A DNA stretch of 62,464 nt, the filler included, from Pirum gemmata (lineage: Eukaryota), in NCBI GenBank assembly GCA_002812295.1. It is 17 parts of 17 records of this genome, joined end to end, with 100 filler letters (N's around TTAATTAATTAA, not from the genome) between each part and the next. Parts side by side here need not be neighbours in the genome. Positions count along the whole stretch, not along the records: positions 48,070 to 51,617 come from PDIN01002380.1; positions 51,718 to 55,264 come from PDIN01002381.1; positions 55,365 to 58,841 come from PDIN01002382.1; positions 58,942 to 62,464 come from PDIN01002383.1; 13 more parts are not named here. One strand, written 5' to 3'. Below, piece after piece: positions 51,161-62,464 of this stretch; position 1 is the stretch's first letter, and each line of letters opens with the position of its first letter. The translations under genes were made by a program, and so were the position numbers. The notes below the pieces were generated by a model. The model saw nothing but the letters and a program-made list of their open reading frames with translations, had not been told where the DNA came from and ran no database searches.

Positions 51161-51397
51161 TAGCCAAGCCGGATAAAAAAACTGTAGACTAGAAATCTTT
51201 TTTTTTAGACTTCTTTTCTAAAACCTTTTTTAAAATGCTAACTAGCCAAATTATTCTTAAAAAAACTAAATATTGGTTCATAATAGAGTTTTTTATTTGG
51301 ACAATTTCTAAACATTTGGTAGTACTTTAGATCATTTTGAGATTTTTTGGATTTTGAGCTCATATAGCGGGTCCTGCCATTTTTGCTTGGTAGTCTA
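51161..51397 (+). mobile_element. MITE family B copy
   Basis: agccaagccggataaaa...cttggtagtc|TA. Confidence 0.85.
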
Positions 51398-51904
51398 GTT
51401 TTCAAAAAATAAAGAATAAAAAATAAAAAAAAACTGAGGAACTATCACATATTTATATTTATATTATATATCAGATATCAACGATACACTTTATTATAAA
51501 TTAGATGTATGTATCGTATCAGCTATGGACTGTATTATCATAGATTACATTTATAACTAACGTAATTTTTTTTAGTAAGTATTTTATTGTAATAATAATA
51601 ATAATAATAATAATAATNNNNNNNNNNNNNNNNNNNNNNNNNNNNNNNNNNNNNNNNNNNNTTAATTAATTAANNNNNNNNNNNNNNNNNNNNNNNNNNN
51701 NNNNNNNNNNNNNNNNNTATTATGGGTATTATAGCAAAATTAGCAATACGTTTGGTTTGTTATTGTCGCTAGAAACGACACCATACAACTACCATACCAT
51801 AAACGCTGGTTTCGGATTGTATGAAATAAGGCCCGAAACTTAGCGCCTTTGTACCGATCAGCTGTTTTAATAGTGGCCAAGTAAATAAATAGATACCAGC
51901 GAAA

Positions 51905-52024
51905 TGGGTAGGGGTAGGGGAAGGGGAAAGGGAAGGGGAAGGGGAAGGGTAGGGGTAAGGATATGTGGGAAAGGGTAGGGGTAGGGGTAGGGGTAAGGGT
52001 ATGGGGAAAGGGTAGGGGTAGGTG
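51905..52024 (+). repeat. G-rich (GGGGTA/GGGGAA)n tract, G-quadruplex-prone
   Basis: Many G3-4 runs with 1-3 nt loops. Confidence 0.8.
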
Positions 52025-54586
52025 TGCTCTACTTAGTTTGTTTGGTTGGTCATAATTTCAGTTGGGTTTGTCATCTTAAAATATTCAATAAATAGTAAAT
52101 TGGTACCAAATTACTACCAAATTAATAAAGTATAAATCCATTTTAGTTAATTTGGTATATTTTATTATCTATTTATTCATTTAAAAATGACAATTTCAAA
52201 GTTATAACCCACCAAGTAAGTATTCACAGTGACAAAATAAACGAAAGGTACAATAGTAATTTGTATCAAAATGTTGAGTTTCCCATAAAAGCTTTTTTTT
52301 TTAAAAAAAAGTTTTTTGTTAAAAAACAAAAGTAACTTGTTCAAAAAATAAAAAAATAAAAAGAAATATATATATCATAGGGACTGAAATACCTAATATA
52401 TATATATTATTATTATTATTATTTGATTATAAGAATCAGCCGAATAATAGCACAGTTGCTATTAGACATGATGTCTAGTTTTGGTTTTGGTCCTGGGTAC
52501 GTAAATAGATTAGGGCTAAGGGTTAGGGTTAGGGTTAGGGGTTTAAGGATAGTGCTAAGGTTTAGGGTTATATTTAGAGTTAGAGTTAGAGTTATAGTTA
52601 GAGTTAGAGTTGACTCTGACCCTGACATTGACCCCGACCCTAACCCTTACCTTCAACCTAATCAAAGTAGGCAATATTTGTTCTTGTACATGTGTTGTTG
52701 TTAACTTTGTTGCTGTTTTTTTATTTTTGTTTTTTGTTTTGTTTCGTTTTTTTGTTTTTTCTCTTTTTGTCTTTATTTTTATTTTTGGGAAATGAGGTGC
52801 AAAAAAAAAAAGAAAAATACAGATAACAGCTTTTGAGTTCTTTGTTATTTTCTTTTTTTGCTTTTTGTTCTTGTATAATTTAATATTTTTTTTTAAAAAA
52901 AAAGAAATAAATAAATATAATAACTAACTAAATCACAATGTCATCTACACGCTATGTAATTTTATGCCATATTTTCATTTATTTTGACTCTGAATATTTA
53001 TTTGGAGGGTTATAATATTTAAATTGACATTTTTAAATCAATATATAAATAATAAAATATACCAAATTAAATTAAATGGGTTTATATTACATTAATTTGG
53101 TACTGTTTATTGTAAATTTTATGATGACAAAACAACTCAAAAGCACTATACTACTACACTACACATGAAGTTAGAAAGATTGCATATTTATATTAATATA
53201 ATATAATATTATATAATAAATTATGTATTAATATAGAAATTTCCTGATTGCAAGCGCTACAATTTGTACAAAAGTTATAATACCATTCATATTATCACAT
53301 ATACTATTAATTATAACAGTTGGCAATTCTCTTATGCTATTTTGATTAATGTTACAAATGTAATATAATAAATTTAAAAACAACAACTTTAATTAATTAA
53401 CTGTTGCCTACTACTACTACTAATATTAATGCCAGTATCGTGGGTAGTCCTACCCCTACTAACCCTAACCGTAACCCTAACACTAACCATAACGGCTGTG
53501 ACGTATAATATTGTTTCAAATATAATAATATATATGGAATAGCATTTATTTTTATTTTTATAGTACCATTTCATTATTATTCGTTTTATATATCTATTAT
53601 TATTCTAAATTTATGGGCAATTTCAATCCATGAAGGTGATGAAAAATTAATTTCACGCTTTTTATTATACCAACCATATTTCATGGTCCACAAAATCATT
53701 TCGATCATCATAAATATAAAAATAAAAATTTTGGTTGTTATTTTATATTTGTAGATAAATATTTTAAAATTAACACTTTCACAAATCATAATAATAATAA
53801 GTCAAAATAAATTTGCTCATGTTATTAATAAATGCAAATGGATCACGGCTCTGTAGCCGGGTTTACCGATAACAAAAAGATTGAAATACAAGTAAAATTT
53901 TTAAATCTATATGCTCAGATGTTTCATTTACTTTGTCACTTAGAATATTTATTTGGTTGGTTATAATTTATTAATTGACATTGTTAAATGAATAAATGGA
54001 TAATAAAATGTATCAAATTAAATGAAATGGATTTATATTGTGTTAATTTGGTACTCTTTATTGTATATTTTATGATGACAAAACAACTGAAAAGCACGAT
54101 ATAATAATAATATATACAATATTTATCTACGTAATTAAGAAATCCAGGTGTCTTAATTAATAAATATTAATAGGATTTCAAATTCTTATTTTTATTGTTT
54201 TCATATTGCTAAATATGGTGAAATCTTAAATGTTACTTAATTTGATTATTAATTGGCTTTTTATGGTGTTTTTATTATTTTATCCAGTTAAAATCGTAGA
54301 GTCTGAATTTATTTTACTAAATATGGTGAAAAGTCTTAACTTTTACTTAATTTGATTATTAATTGGCTTTTTATGGTATATTTATTATTTTATCTGGGGT
54401 TGGGGAGTTGGCTTGGGGTTGGGGTTGAGGTTGGGGTTAATTGAAAATTGCATTTATATTATAATTAAATTAAATATTACAATATACGGCACATGATGTA
54501 AAACCTTATTATGTATATATTTCTATATATTTCTATATCATTATCATTATCATTATCATTATCAATACTATCAATATAATACTATC

Positions 54587-54619
<33 letters not shown>

Positions 54620-55503
54620 GTAACCCTAAAACCCTAAAATTTATTAATATTAATATTTTTATTTTTTTTTATTTTTTTATTATTATTAGTAGAATATATT
54701 TATTATTTTTATTTATATAGGTTCAGGTTCAGGTTCAGGTTCAGATCTGACGTCTGTGATACAATTTCAGAGTAAATTAATATATTTAATTTATGCATAT
54801 ATTGTCACAATTTTTTATTTGGTACTTTGAAATTGGTTTTTTAAGAACAACGTTAATTAAAACACAATAAATGAAAAACACTCTAAATTAATTAATTAAT
54901 TTTTTTTAAAATGTAGAATATGTCAACAAGACGTCTAAAGTATACGTATTTCATAAAATATACAATAAATAGTACCAAACAAATACAATATAAATCCATT
55001 TTATATATTTCGGTATATTTTATTATCTATGTATTGATTTAAAAAATGTCAATTTGAAGATTATAACCCTCCAAATAAATAAATATTTATTAGAGTGACA
55101 AAATAAATGAAAAGCACGATAGATAATATTATATCTCTTATTATAATATATAGCTGACGTCTGTGATACAATATATAGCTGACGTCTGTGATACAATTTT
55201 AGACTTCAATTTTTTATTTGGGTATTAATACTTTAAACTTGTTTTATTAATTAAAAAAAAAAAANNNNNNNNNNNNNNNNNNNNNNNNNNNNNNNNNNNN
55301 NNNNNNNNTTAATTAATTAANNNNNNNNNNNNNNNNNNNNNNNNNNNNNNNNNNNNNNNNNNNNTATCTATTTATTTATTTAAAAATATCAATTTAAAGA
55401 TTATAACCCTCCAAATAAATACTCGTTTGAGTGAAAAAATAAATGAAATACATGATAATAGTAGTAGTAGTAGTAGTAGTAGTAGTTGTAGTATGTCATA
55501 GTA

Positions 55504-55688
55504 TCGTGCTTTTCAGTTTTTTTGTCACAATAAAATATACATTAAAAAGTACCAACGTAATACTATATAAATCTATTTTAGTTAATTTGGTATATTTTAT
55601 TATCTATTTATTTATTTAAAAATATCAATTTAAATATTATAACCAACCAAATAAATATTCAGAGTGGCAAAATAAATGAAAAGCACAA
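55504..55688. mobile_element. MITE family A copy
   Basis: TA|tcgtgcttttcag...tgaaaagcacaa|TA. Confidence 0.9.
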
Positions 55689-56533
55689 TAGTGGTAGTAT
55701 CACTGTAGTATCATAGTAGTAGTAGTTATTAACTGTGTAATAGTAGTAGTATCATAGTAGTAGTAGTTAACTGTAGTAGTTCTTTTATGTGCTTCTTAGC
55801 AGTAATAATGCTATCAGATTATTATTATTCTAATTTTTTTTTCTTTATCACATAGGTTACAGTTATATAGTTAAAAATTAAATTGGAATTTGTGGATTTG
55901 TTTTCATAATACTTTGTTATTATGTATATATTGATTTAAAAATGTCAATTTAAAGATTATAACCCTCCAAATAAATATTCAGAGTGAGAAAATAAATTGA
56001 AATGCACGATAAAATTTCTCTTTGAAACCCCCCCCCCCCCACCTAATAGCTGGCTCCCTAAAAACGTCCAACTTTTTATTACTAATTTTAAAAGCCTCAC
56101 CTGTTTTATATATATGTTTGAAATTTCAAATCTATTAAATACCCTTATGTTTGAAAGCTAAAAATTCTAGTGAACCCCAAAAAGTTGGGCGTTTTTGAAT
56201 TGTTCGCACCATACCAGCTTTTTAGAGACGTGACGCTACTAAGGCTAAGACTCGCTTCATAATAAAGTCACCTGATCTTACTTATGCCTCTTTGTCCAAA
56301 ATACTTTTGGTCATAATTTTAAAGTTCATTTTAATAATTAATTACTGCCTAAAACAGTTTAAGTCACGCTTTTGGGAAATGACTTTTACCAAAGAATAAG
56401 TGATACCCTTTATATAAATGTTCCCCGGCCAAGAAAATGCCTTTTCTTATTCAACCCTGGCACAAATTTTTTTTTTTTTTTTTAAACTTAGTCTACCTAC
56501 TAAAAAATGCAAAGAATTTTATAGGAGGCGTGT

Positions 56534-56753
56534 GTAGGGGTGAGATGACGTCATTTTATTATTACCGAACAGCTGCCGGAACTTTTCCAATTTTGATGGT
56601 TTTATTACTATTAATGTTAATATTATTACTTTAATTGGTATCTACTATAATTAGATTTACTATTTTAAGATATTTAACTACTATNACATGGAACTAAGGT
56701 TGGCTCGATAAGCATCTGTTCGAAAAAAGTTCCAGTAGATATCTCACCCCTAC
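56534..56753 (+). mobile_element. MITE family E copy
   Basis: Perfect 13-bp inverted termini gtaggggtgagat/atctcacccctac. Confidence 0.9.
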
Positions 56754-59117
56754 TTAGAAAACTACAGGAAACTGTCAATAAGTATCAATATTTTAGCACA
56801 GCTATTAGCACCTGATGTAGACTATAATGTCAATAATATTATATTATCTGAAGAATAATATATCATTATTAAATATAATTATAATATTACATATTTATAA
56901 ATAATATTATTAATACATATAATGTTATTTTGCGTAAACAGAACAGTGAATAAAAATAATACGTGTATTAATATAATAGTTATTGATATATGTTACAGTT
57001 ATAATACTTCTTAATATTGTTATTTTAATATTGTTATTGTTATTGTTATTGTTATTGCTATTATTATTGTTATTATTATTATTAATGTTATAGTTATTGT
57101 CATTACTATTGTTATTAATATTGTTATTGTTATTGTTTTTGTTATTGTTATTGTTATTGTAATATTGATACCTGATACACTTGGATATTAATAAAAGTAA
57201 ACCTATTAATACTAAGGTAGCTAGCTAGTATCATCTATCCTCAAGCAAAAATTGTTATTGTTATTGTTATTGTTATTGTTTTTGTATGATATTATCTGTT
57301 ATTGTTATTGTTATTGTTATTGTTATTGTTGTTGTTATTGTTATTGTTTTTGTATAATAATATCGGTTATTGTTATTGTTATTGTTGTATGATAATAGTC
57401 TATCTGATGATAATATTATTATCATGCTATTTATTAGTTTAGAAATTTAAAAAATAAAATAAAATTTTATAAATAAATTATCTCCAGCACAAGCCCTGTG
57501 ATTGGTCTTTTTTTTTATTTTATTTATTTTTTAAAAAATAATTTTTTTTTCGCACAACTCCTGGTAGTCTCAACTGCTGTCATCTCTATCATAATATTAT
57601 CTAGCTAGTTATTATTATCATGCTCTACTTCTAAATATTTATTGGGAGGGTTATAATCTTTAAATTGATATTTTTAAATCAATTTATATATAATAAAATA
57701 TACCAAATTAAATTAAATGGTTCTATATTGTATTACTTTGGTACTATATAGTCTAGCTACTAGTAGCTAGAGTAGACACACTCCTAGCCAGTAGCTAGCT
57801 ATCTAGCTAGAGGCTAGCTAGACACATTTATTACTTGGTATTGGCTAGCTAGTAGCTACAGGCTACAGCTAGCCAGTAGGCTAGCTACTGTACTTTTTAT
57901 ATAATGTAGCCTGTAGCTAGCTAGACCTAGCTACTCAGCTACTCGGCTACTGTGGCTAGTTATTATTATCATGCTCTACTTCTAAATATTTATTGGGAGG
58001 GTTATAATCTTTAAATTGATATTTTTAAATCAATTTATATATAAACCTATCAAGCCCGATAAAAATGGCGGTAACCACCATATGAGCTCAAAAATCCCAA
58101 AACCTTAAAATGATCCAATTATAAAGAAAGTACTACCAAATGTTTAGAAATTATTTAGCTAATAAAACTCTATTATGAACCAATGGCCAATTTTTAATAA
58201 TAATTTGGCTAGTTAATATTAAAGTTTTTGGAAAGAAGCCGAAAAAAAAATCTAGTTTTATCCAGCTTTACTGTTTTAAAAAAAAAAGTTCCTGTTTTCC
58301 TTATGAATAAAATTTTTTTAATAAAAATAATAATAAAAGGAGGTGCTAACTTTTGTGTGGTATCAAATTCAATAGCTGGTTCTAGCTAGGTAGGTAGCTA
58401 GCTAGCTGTAGCTAACATTTTTTTCGCTTTCGATATAATAATATTATATCGAAAGCGAAAAAAATATTATGATATCATATAAAAATATTATTATTTTTTC
58501 GAATCTGATTTTTTTTCAAAAATTTCGAACTATTTTTTCGCTGCTTTATCGCGTTTTTAAATAATACGTCACGTCAAGGGGCAGGTAGGTAGGCGGTATT
58601 TGACCGGATATTAACGTCTAGGGGTAGGTAGGTAGGGGTATTTGAAGCTGTACCTGACCAGAAATTGGCGTTATGTAGTATTTGATATAAAAAAAGATTT
58701 TTTTTATTTATTCATATTATGATACATAGAAGTAGGGGTGAGATATCTACTGGAACTTTTTTCGAACAGATGCTTATCGAGCCAACTTTTCTAATAATAG
58801 CAGTTAAATAGCTTAAAATAGTAAATCTAATTATAGTAGATNNNNNNNNNNNNNNNNNNNNNNNNNNNNNNNNNNNNNNNNNNNNTTAATTAATTAANNN
58901 NNNNNNNNNNNNNNNNNNNNNNNNNNNNNNNNNNNNNNNNNATCATCATCATCATCATCATCATTATTGCTGTTATATAATATATTTATACAGCCTATAG
59001 TTGCTGTAAGTTATTGTATTTCTAAGTTGTTTTTATTTACATAATATCCTTTTCAAATAGCTGTTGATGAAAGTAGAAGAACGGACACTTCAATTTATTC
59101 TATATATTATGAAAAAG

Positions 59118-59171
59118 GATTAGGATTAGGGTTAGGGTTAGGGTTAGGGTTAGGGTTAGGGTTAGGGTTAG
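59118..59171 (+). repeat. Interstitial (TTAGGG)n tract
   Basis: Seen directly in the sequence. Confidence 0.9.
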
Positions 59172-59331
59172 CAAAAAAAACAAACGCAAAAAAACAAACG
59201 CAAAAAAACAAACCCCAAAAACAAACCCAAAAATCAAAAAAACGAAACCTAAAAAAAATGAAATTGTGTGTTTACCTATACTTTCACTTTCAGATAAATT
59301 ACAAACAATAATATTTTTAACTTGAATTTAA

Positions 59332-59945
59332 ATGATTTATATAGCTAAAGAGCCAAGCGAGTCTTCAGATTGGGCAAAATTAGAAGAAAACTCTATGCAG
59401 TTAGACAGGGTAAGAGATGATGTAAAAACTCTTTTAACCCGATTAAATCCCGAGTGTGAAGATAAAATTAAAAAAATGAATGGGCCCGATGTTGATAAGT
59501 TATTCGAGACGTTGGTGAAAAAGTCGAAATATAATATAGAAGTAGATAATTGAAGTTGAAAGCGATTTTAATAATCAAATTTAAACTTATTCTCCTCGTG
59601 AAACCAGGAGAAGAGGAACACGAGGTAAAAGAACATACTGGGAATGAAAATGAAAAGAAAGCATTGGAAGATAGGGTACCCAGCTTTGCCCAGAGGTTTA
59701 AGAAGCAAACTACATTAAGCTAAAAGTAAATGTAAATGGAGTGCCGGTGAAAGTACTAATAGACACAGGATGTGAAGAGTCAGTAATAGATACTAAGGTG
59801 ACAAGAAAGGTACACGCATCAACTTATAAAACAAAAGGAAAGGCGGTAATGTTCGGAAATAATGGAAGAAGAATAATTGATAAAAATACAGATGTGACAA
59901 CCTCATTAAAATGGGATAGATTATGATTTTCCCATGAGGCTAGAT
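59332..59945 (+). pseudogene. LTR retrotransposon (Ty3/gypsy-like) remnant: gag-like fragment and aspartic protease
   Basis: LKVNVNGVPVKVLIDTGCEESVID is a retropepsin D-T-G motif. Interrupted by stops. Confidence 0.75.
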
Positions 59946-59949
59946 ATAC

Positions 59950-60985
59950 ATGATATTAGCTGTTTTACTACCTGGTCAGCTTCATAGGGTGTCCTTCCAG
60001 CGACCGGATCTAGCACCCCTTCTTTCGAATTTTATTGTACATATTGGTTGTTAGAAGGTGCATTGACGTCATTAAGTCTTGCATTCATTTCTTTTTTCAT
60101 TTCACATCCATACATCCATTTTATATTATTTTTTCTTTTGCATATTCTTTGTTTTCAAAATCTTTTGATTCATTTAAGATGCCAATTAGTGTTGTTGGTG
60201 TTTTGTTGCAATTTTTATCATAAGAAATTCCTTCTTTCAAGTTTCTACTGGTACTATTGTGGTGATAAGTCTCTTATTAATTGTATTATTACTTCATTGT
60301 GGGTTATTGCTTGTTGGAGGTAGTTGTGAATCATCTGGAGTGAGCGTTGTTCTATCGTTGGTAGGTTGGTTAGTTGTAGTAGGTCTTCTATTTTTATTCT
60401 GTCAATTTGATGTACTTCTGTTATCAAGCGCATTGCCTTGTTTTATATTGTTTCTAGTTTCTCTTTATCTTTTGGAGTCATCATGATTATTGCTATAGCT
60501 GAGTATTCTGTTATCGATCTTATTATGGATTTATAAGCTCTTATTAAAGTAACTGCATTAGATTCCCAGTCAGTTCCTTTTAGACTAAAAAGAAAGCGTA
60601 GTTTGTTGTTGAGTTTGCCTATTATTTGCGTTAGGTGGTAATGGCAATTGAGTTGTTCGTCAAGATTATATATTAGTAACCTAGTAATTTTTGGTTCGCT
60701 TGTTGTAGTATTTGTTGTCCGTTATATTGTAAAACAAGATCAGTTTTGTCATTTCGTTTTTTGCTGTTGTCTATTACAAGATACTGTGTTTTGCCTGTGC
60801 TAATTTTTGTTTTCCATTTCTCCATCCATTCGTAAATGTTATCTAAGGCTTTTTGAGTTTGTTGCTGTACTTGTTGTGGAGTACGGTATACGCCATAGAA
60901 GGATGCATCATCTGCAAAGAGTAACGAGCTCAAAGTGTTTTCTTGCTGTGCCATATCGGGGAGGTCATTTATTATCAGATATTAT
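59950..60985 (-). mobile_element. 5'-truncated non-LTR retrotransposon (LINE; Jockey/I-like RT C-terminus plus 3' UTR), degenerate
   Basis: INDLP..SLLFADD..QKALDNIYEWMEKWK..KTQ..KLLG..LDEQL..HL..KGTDWE..LIRAYKSIIRSITEY..KLETI*NKAMRLIT..LPTIEQR, with stops and a frameshift. Confidence 0.85.
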
Positions 60986-61229
60986 TTTTATATATTAACA
61001 TATTATTTTTATATATCAGTATTTTCTCGTGCGTATTTTATAAAGTTATGGATTTCGCGGTTTTTTTTTATTAGTCTAGATAGAGACTCTATTTATGAAA
61101 AGTACGATATTAGAGATATCAATTATTATTATTAATTTCATATGATAGTCTACTACCACTACCCACCAGTAGAGTAAGGCCACCTCAAGGTAGGGCACTA
61201 TGATAGCTAGATTATTGGTAATCACTAAG

Positions 61230-61920
61230 CTAGAGCCAGACCTCTCGTAAATGTTTGAATAATATTATGACCCACCGCAGATTACAGGAAACTTTCCCTA
61301 AATACTAAAACACAATGAAAAACCAGGGTGTAGACGGAGAGGACGAAATAAGGTGTTTTCGGTACCATTCGAAAGCTTATACCAAACTATGATACATTCT
61401 GGTTCTCCTATAGTGGTTTTTTGAGTTGTAGTAGAGTTAATGAAGGCTACCAAATTGTGTATAACCACTAATTGTAACAGTAAAAAAATGACACAAAATA
61501 GTGTACTAAAAAAGTGACTTTTCATATCCTACCAATTTAGACTTTTTAAAAACTACCTACTTTGCCCTTAACATAACTTTTATGTGCCTTTTTCAATTCT
61601 TTTTCATTTATTTTCTGTCCATTTTTGTATGCTGTTAGAAAAAAAGACAAAAAAAAAGAAGTGGGATGGGAGTGGCTTGGACTACGTCACTTTTGTTGTT
61701 GTTTTTTTTACCGTTTTCGGCAATTTGGTAGGTTGTCCTTTGTTATTGCTTAATACACTGCTGTTTTACCTAGTATCTTCTCTCTATATATTTTTTATTG
61801 CAACCCTTATACCTATCGTATTGCTAATCATAGCCTTGATTAAACTAAAGCATCCATGACCATAATAATACTTGTCTAGTAGTAGTAGTCCTTCCCGTGT
61901 ATAAAGAAGAAGATTGTACC
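61230..61920 (-). pseudogene. Possible degenerate protein kinase fragment
   Basis: GHGCFSLIKAMISNTIGIRVAIKNI* (61861-61784) fits the GxGxFxxV and VAIK motifs. The downstream 61525-61298 ORF only weakly resembles subdomains IV-V. Confidence 0.35.
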
Positions 61921-62342
61921 TAACCCCCAAAACATTTAACTAATGAAAAAAGCTAATTAATTGTAAATTTATGAATGTATTTCATTTTAGACCAAGAATG
62001 CTGCAACAAAAAATAATATTTTTAAGAAAAAGGACAATACATATTTTATTATATACCTGGTAGTCTATCTATATTAAAATGTCTATCATGGCTAAGTAAG
62101 AGGCTACTACGGATGACGTCCCCTCCCCCTGATGTGCGACTTAATTCATTATAGGATTAATTTCTCTTATTGTTATTATTAATTATAATGCAATTCAGAA
62201 ATGTTGGGAAGGCATGAGAGGGGCAGTGACGTCTACATCACTACCTTTCTATTTCAAATATGGTAATATTGTAATATTACTAATATTTTTTTTTACTAAG
62301 CCTACATCACACATTGAAACCTCTTGATACACATGGAAGTCT

Positions 62343-62464
62343 ACACACACACAAACACACACACACACACACGTACACACGTCGTACACACGTGCACATA
62401 CACGTAAACACACACACACACACAACACACACACACACACACAACACACACACACACACAACAC
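62343..62464 (+). repeat. (CA)n microsatellite
   Basis: Seen directly in the sequence. Confidence 0.95.

Noticed and set aside
53586..53880. Coding-like stretch on the minus strand
   Set aside because: Stops in all frames and no recognisable motif, so I cannot support a call.

Overview
This is a very AT-rich eukaryotic nuclear sequence. It looks animal/holozoan-like, based on TTAGGG telomere repeats, a PIX-type RhoGEF, an ATF4-like bZIP, a Tyr-motif LRR receptor and GT-AG introns of about 200-220 nt. The window is not one locus. It is 17 unrelated contigs of about 3.5 kb joined by 16 artificial 100-nt spacers (N44-TTAATTAATTAA-N44), and most contigs break in microsatellites. Supported genes are a spliced SETD3/4/Rubisco-LSMT-type SET protein, a Lys/Asn-rich protein with EsV-1-7-like Cys repeats, an alpha/betaPIX-like GEF, an LRR-transmembrane receptor, an ATF4-like bZIP and several orphan ORFs. 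Transposon relics include a THAP/P-element transposase, a gypsy-type protease and a LINE reverse transcriptase. The non-coding DNA holds at least 7 MITE/foldback families, interstitial telomere tracts, satellites and a pervasive TA-(1-4 nt)-TA lattice that looks like accumulated transposon excision footprints. Most short ORFs in the supplied track are microsatellite or antisense noise. All family assignments come from motif recognition by eye, not from database searches, and repeat coordinates are approximate.
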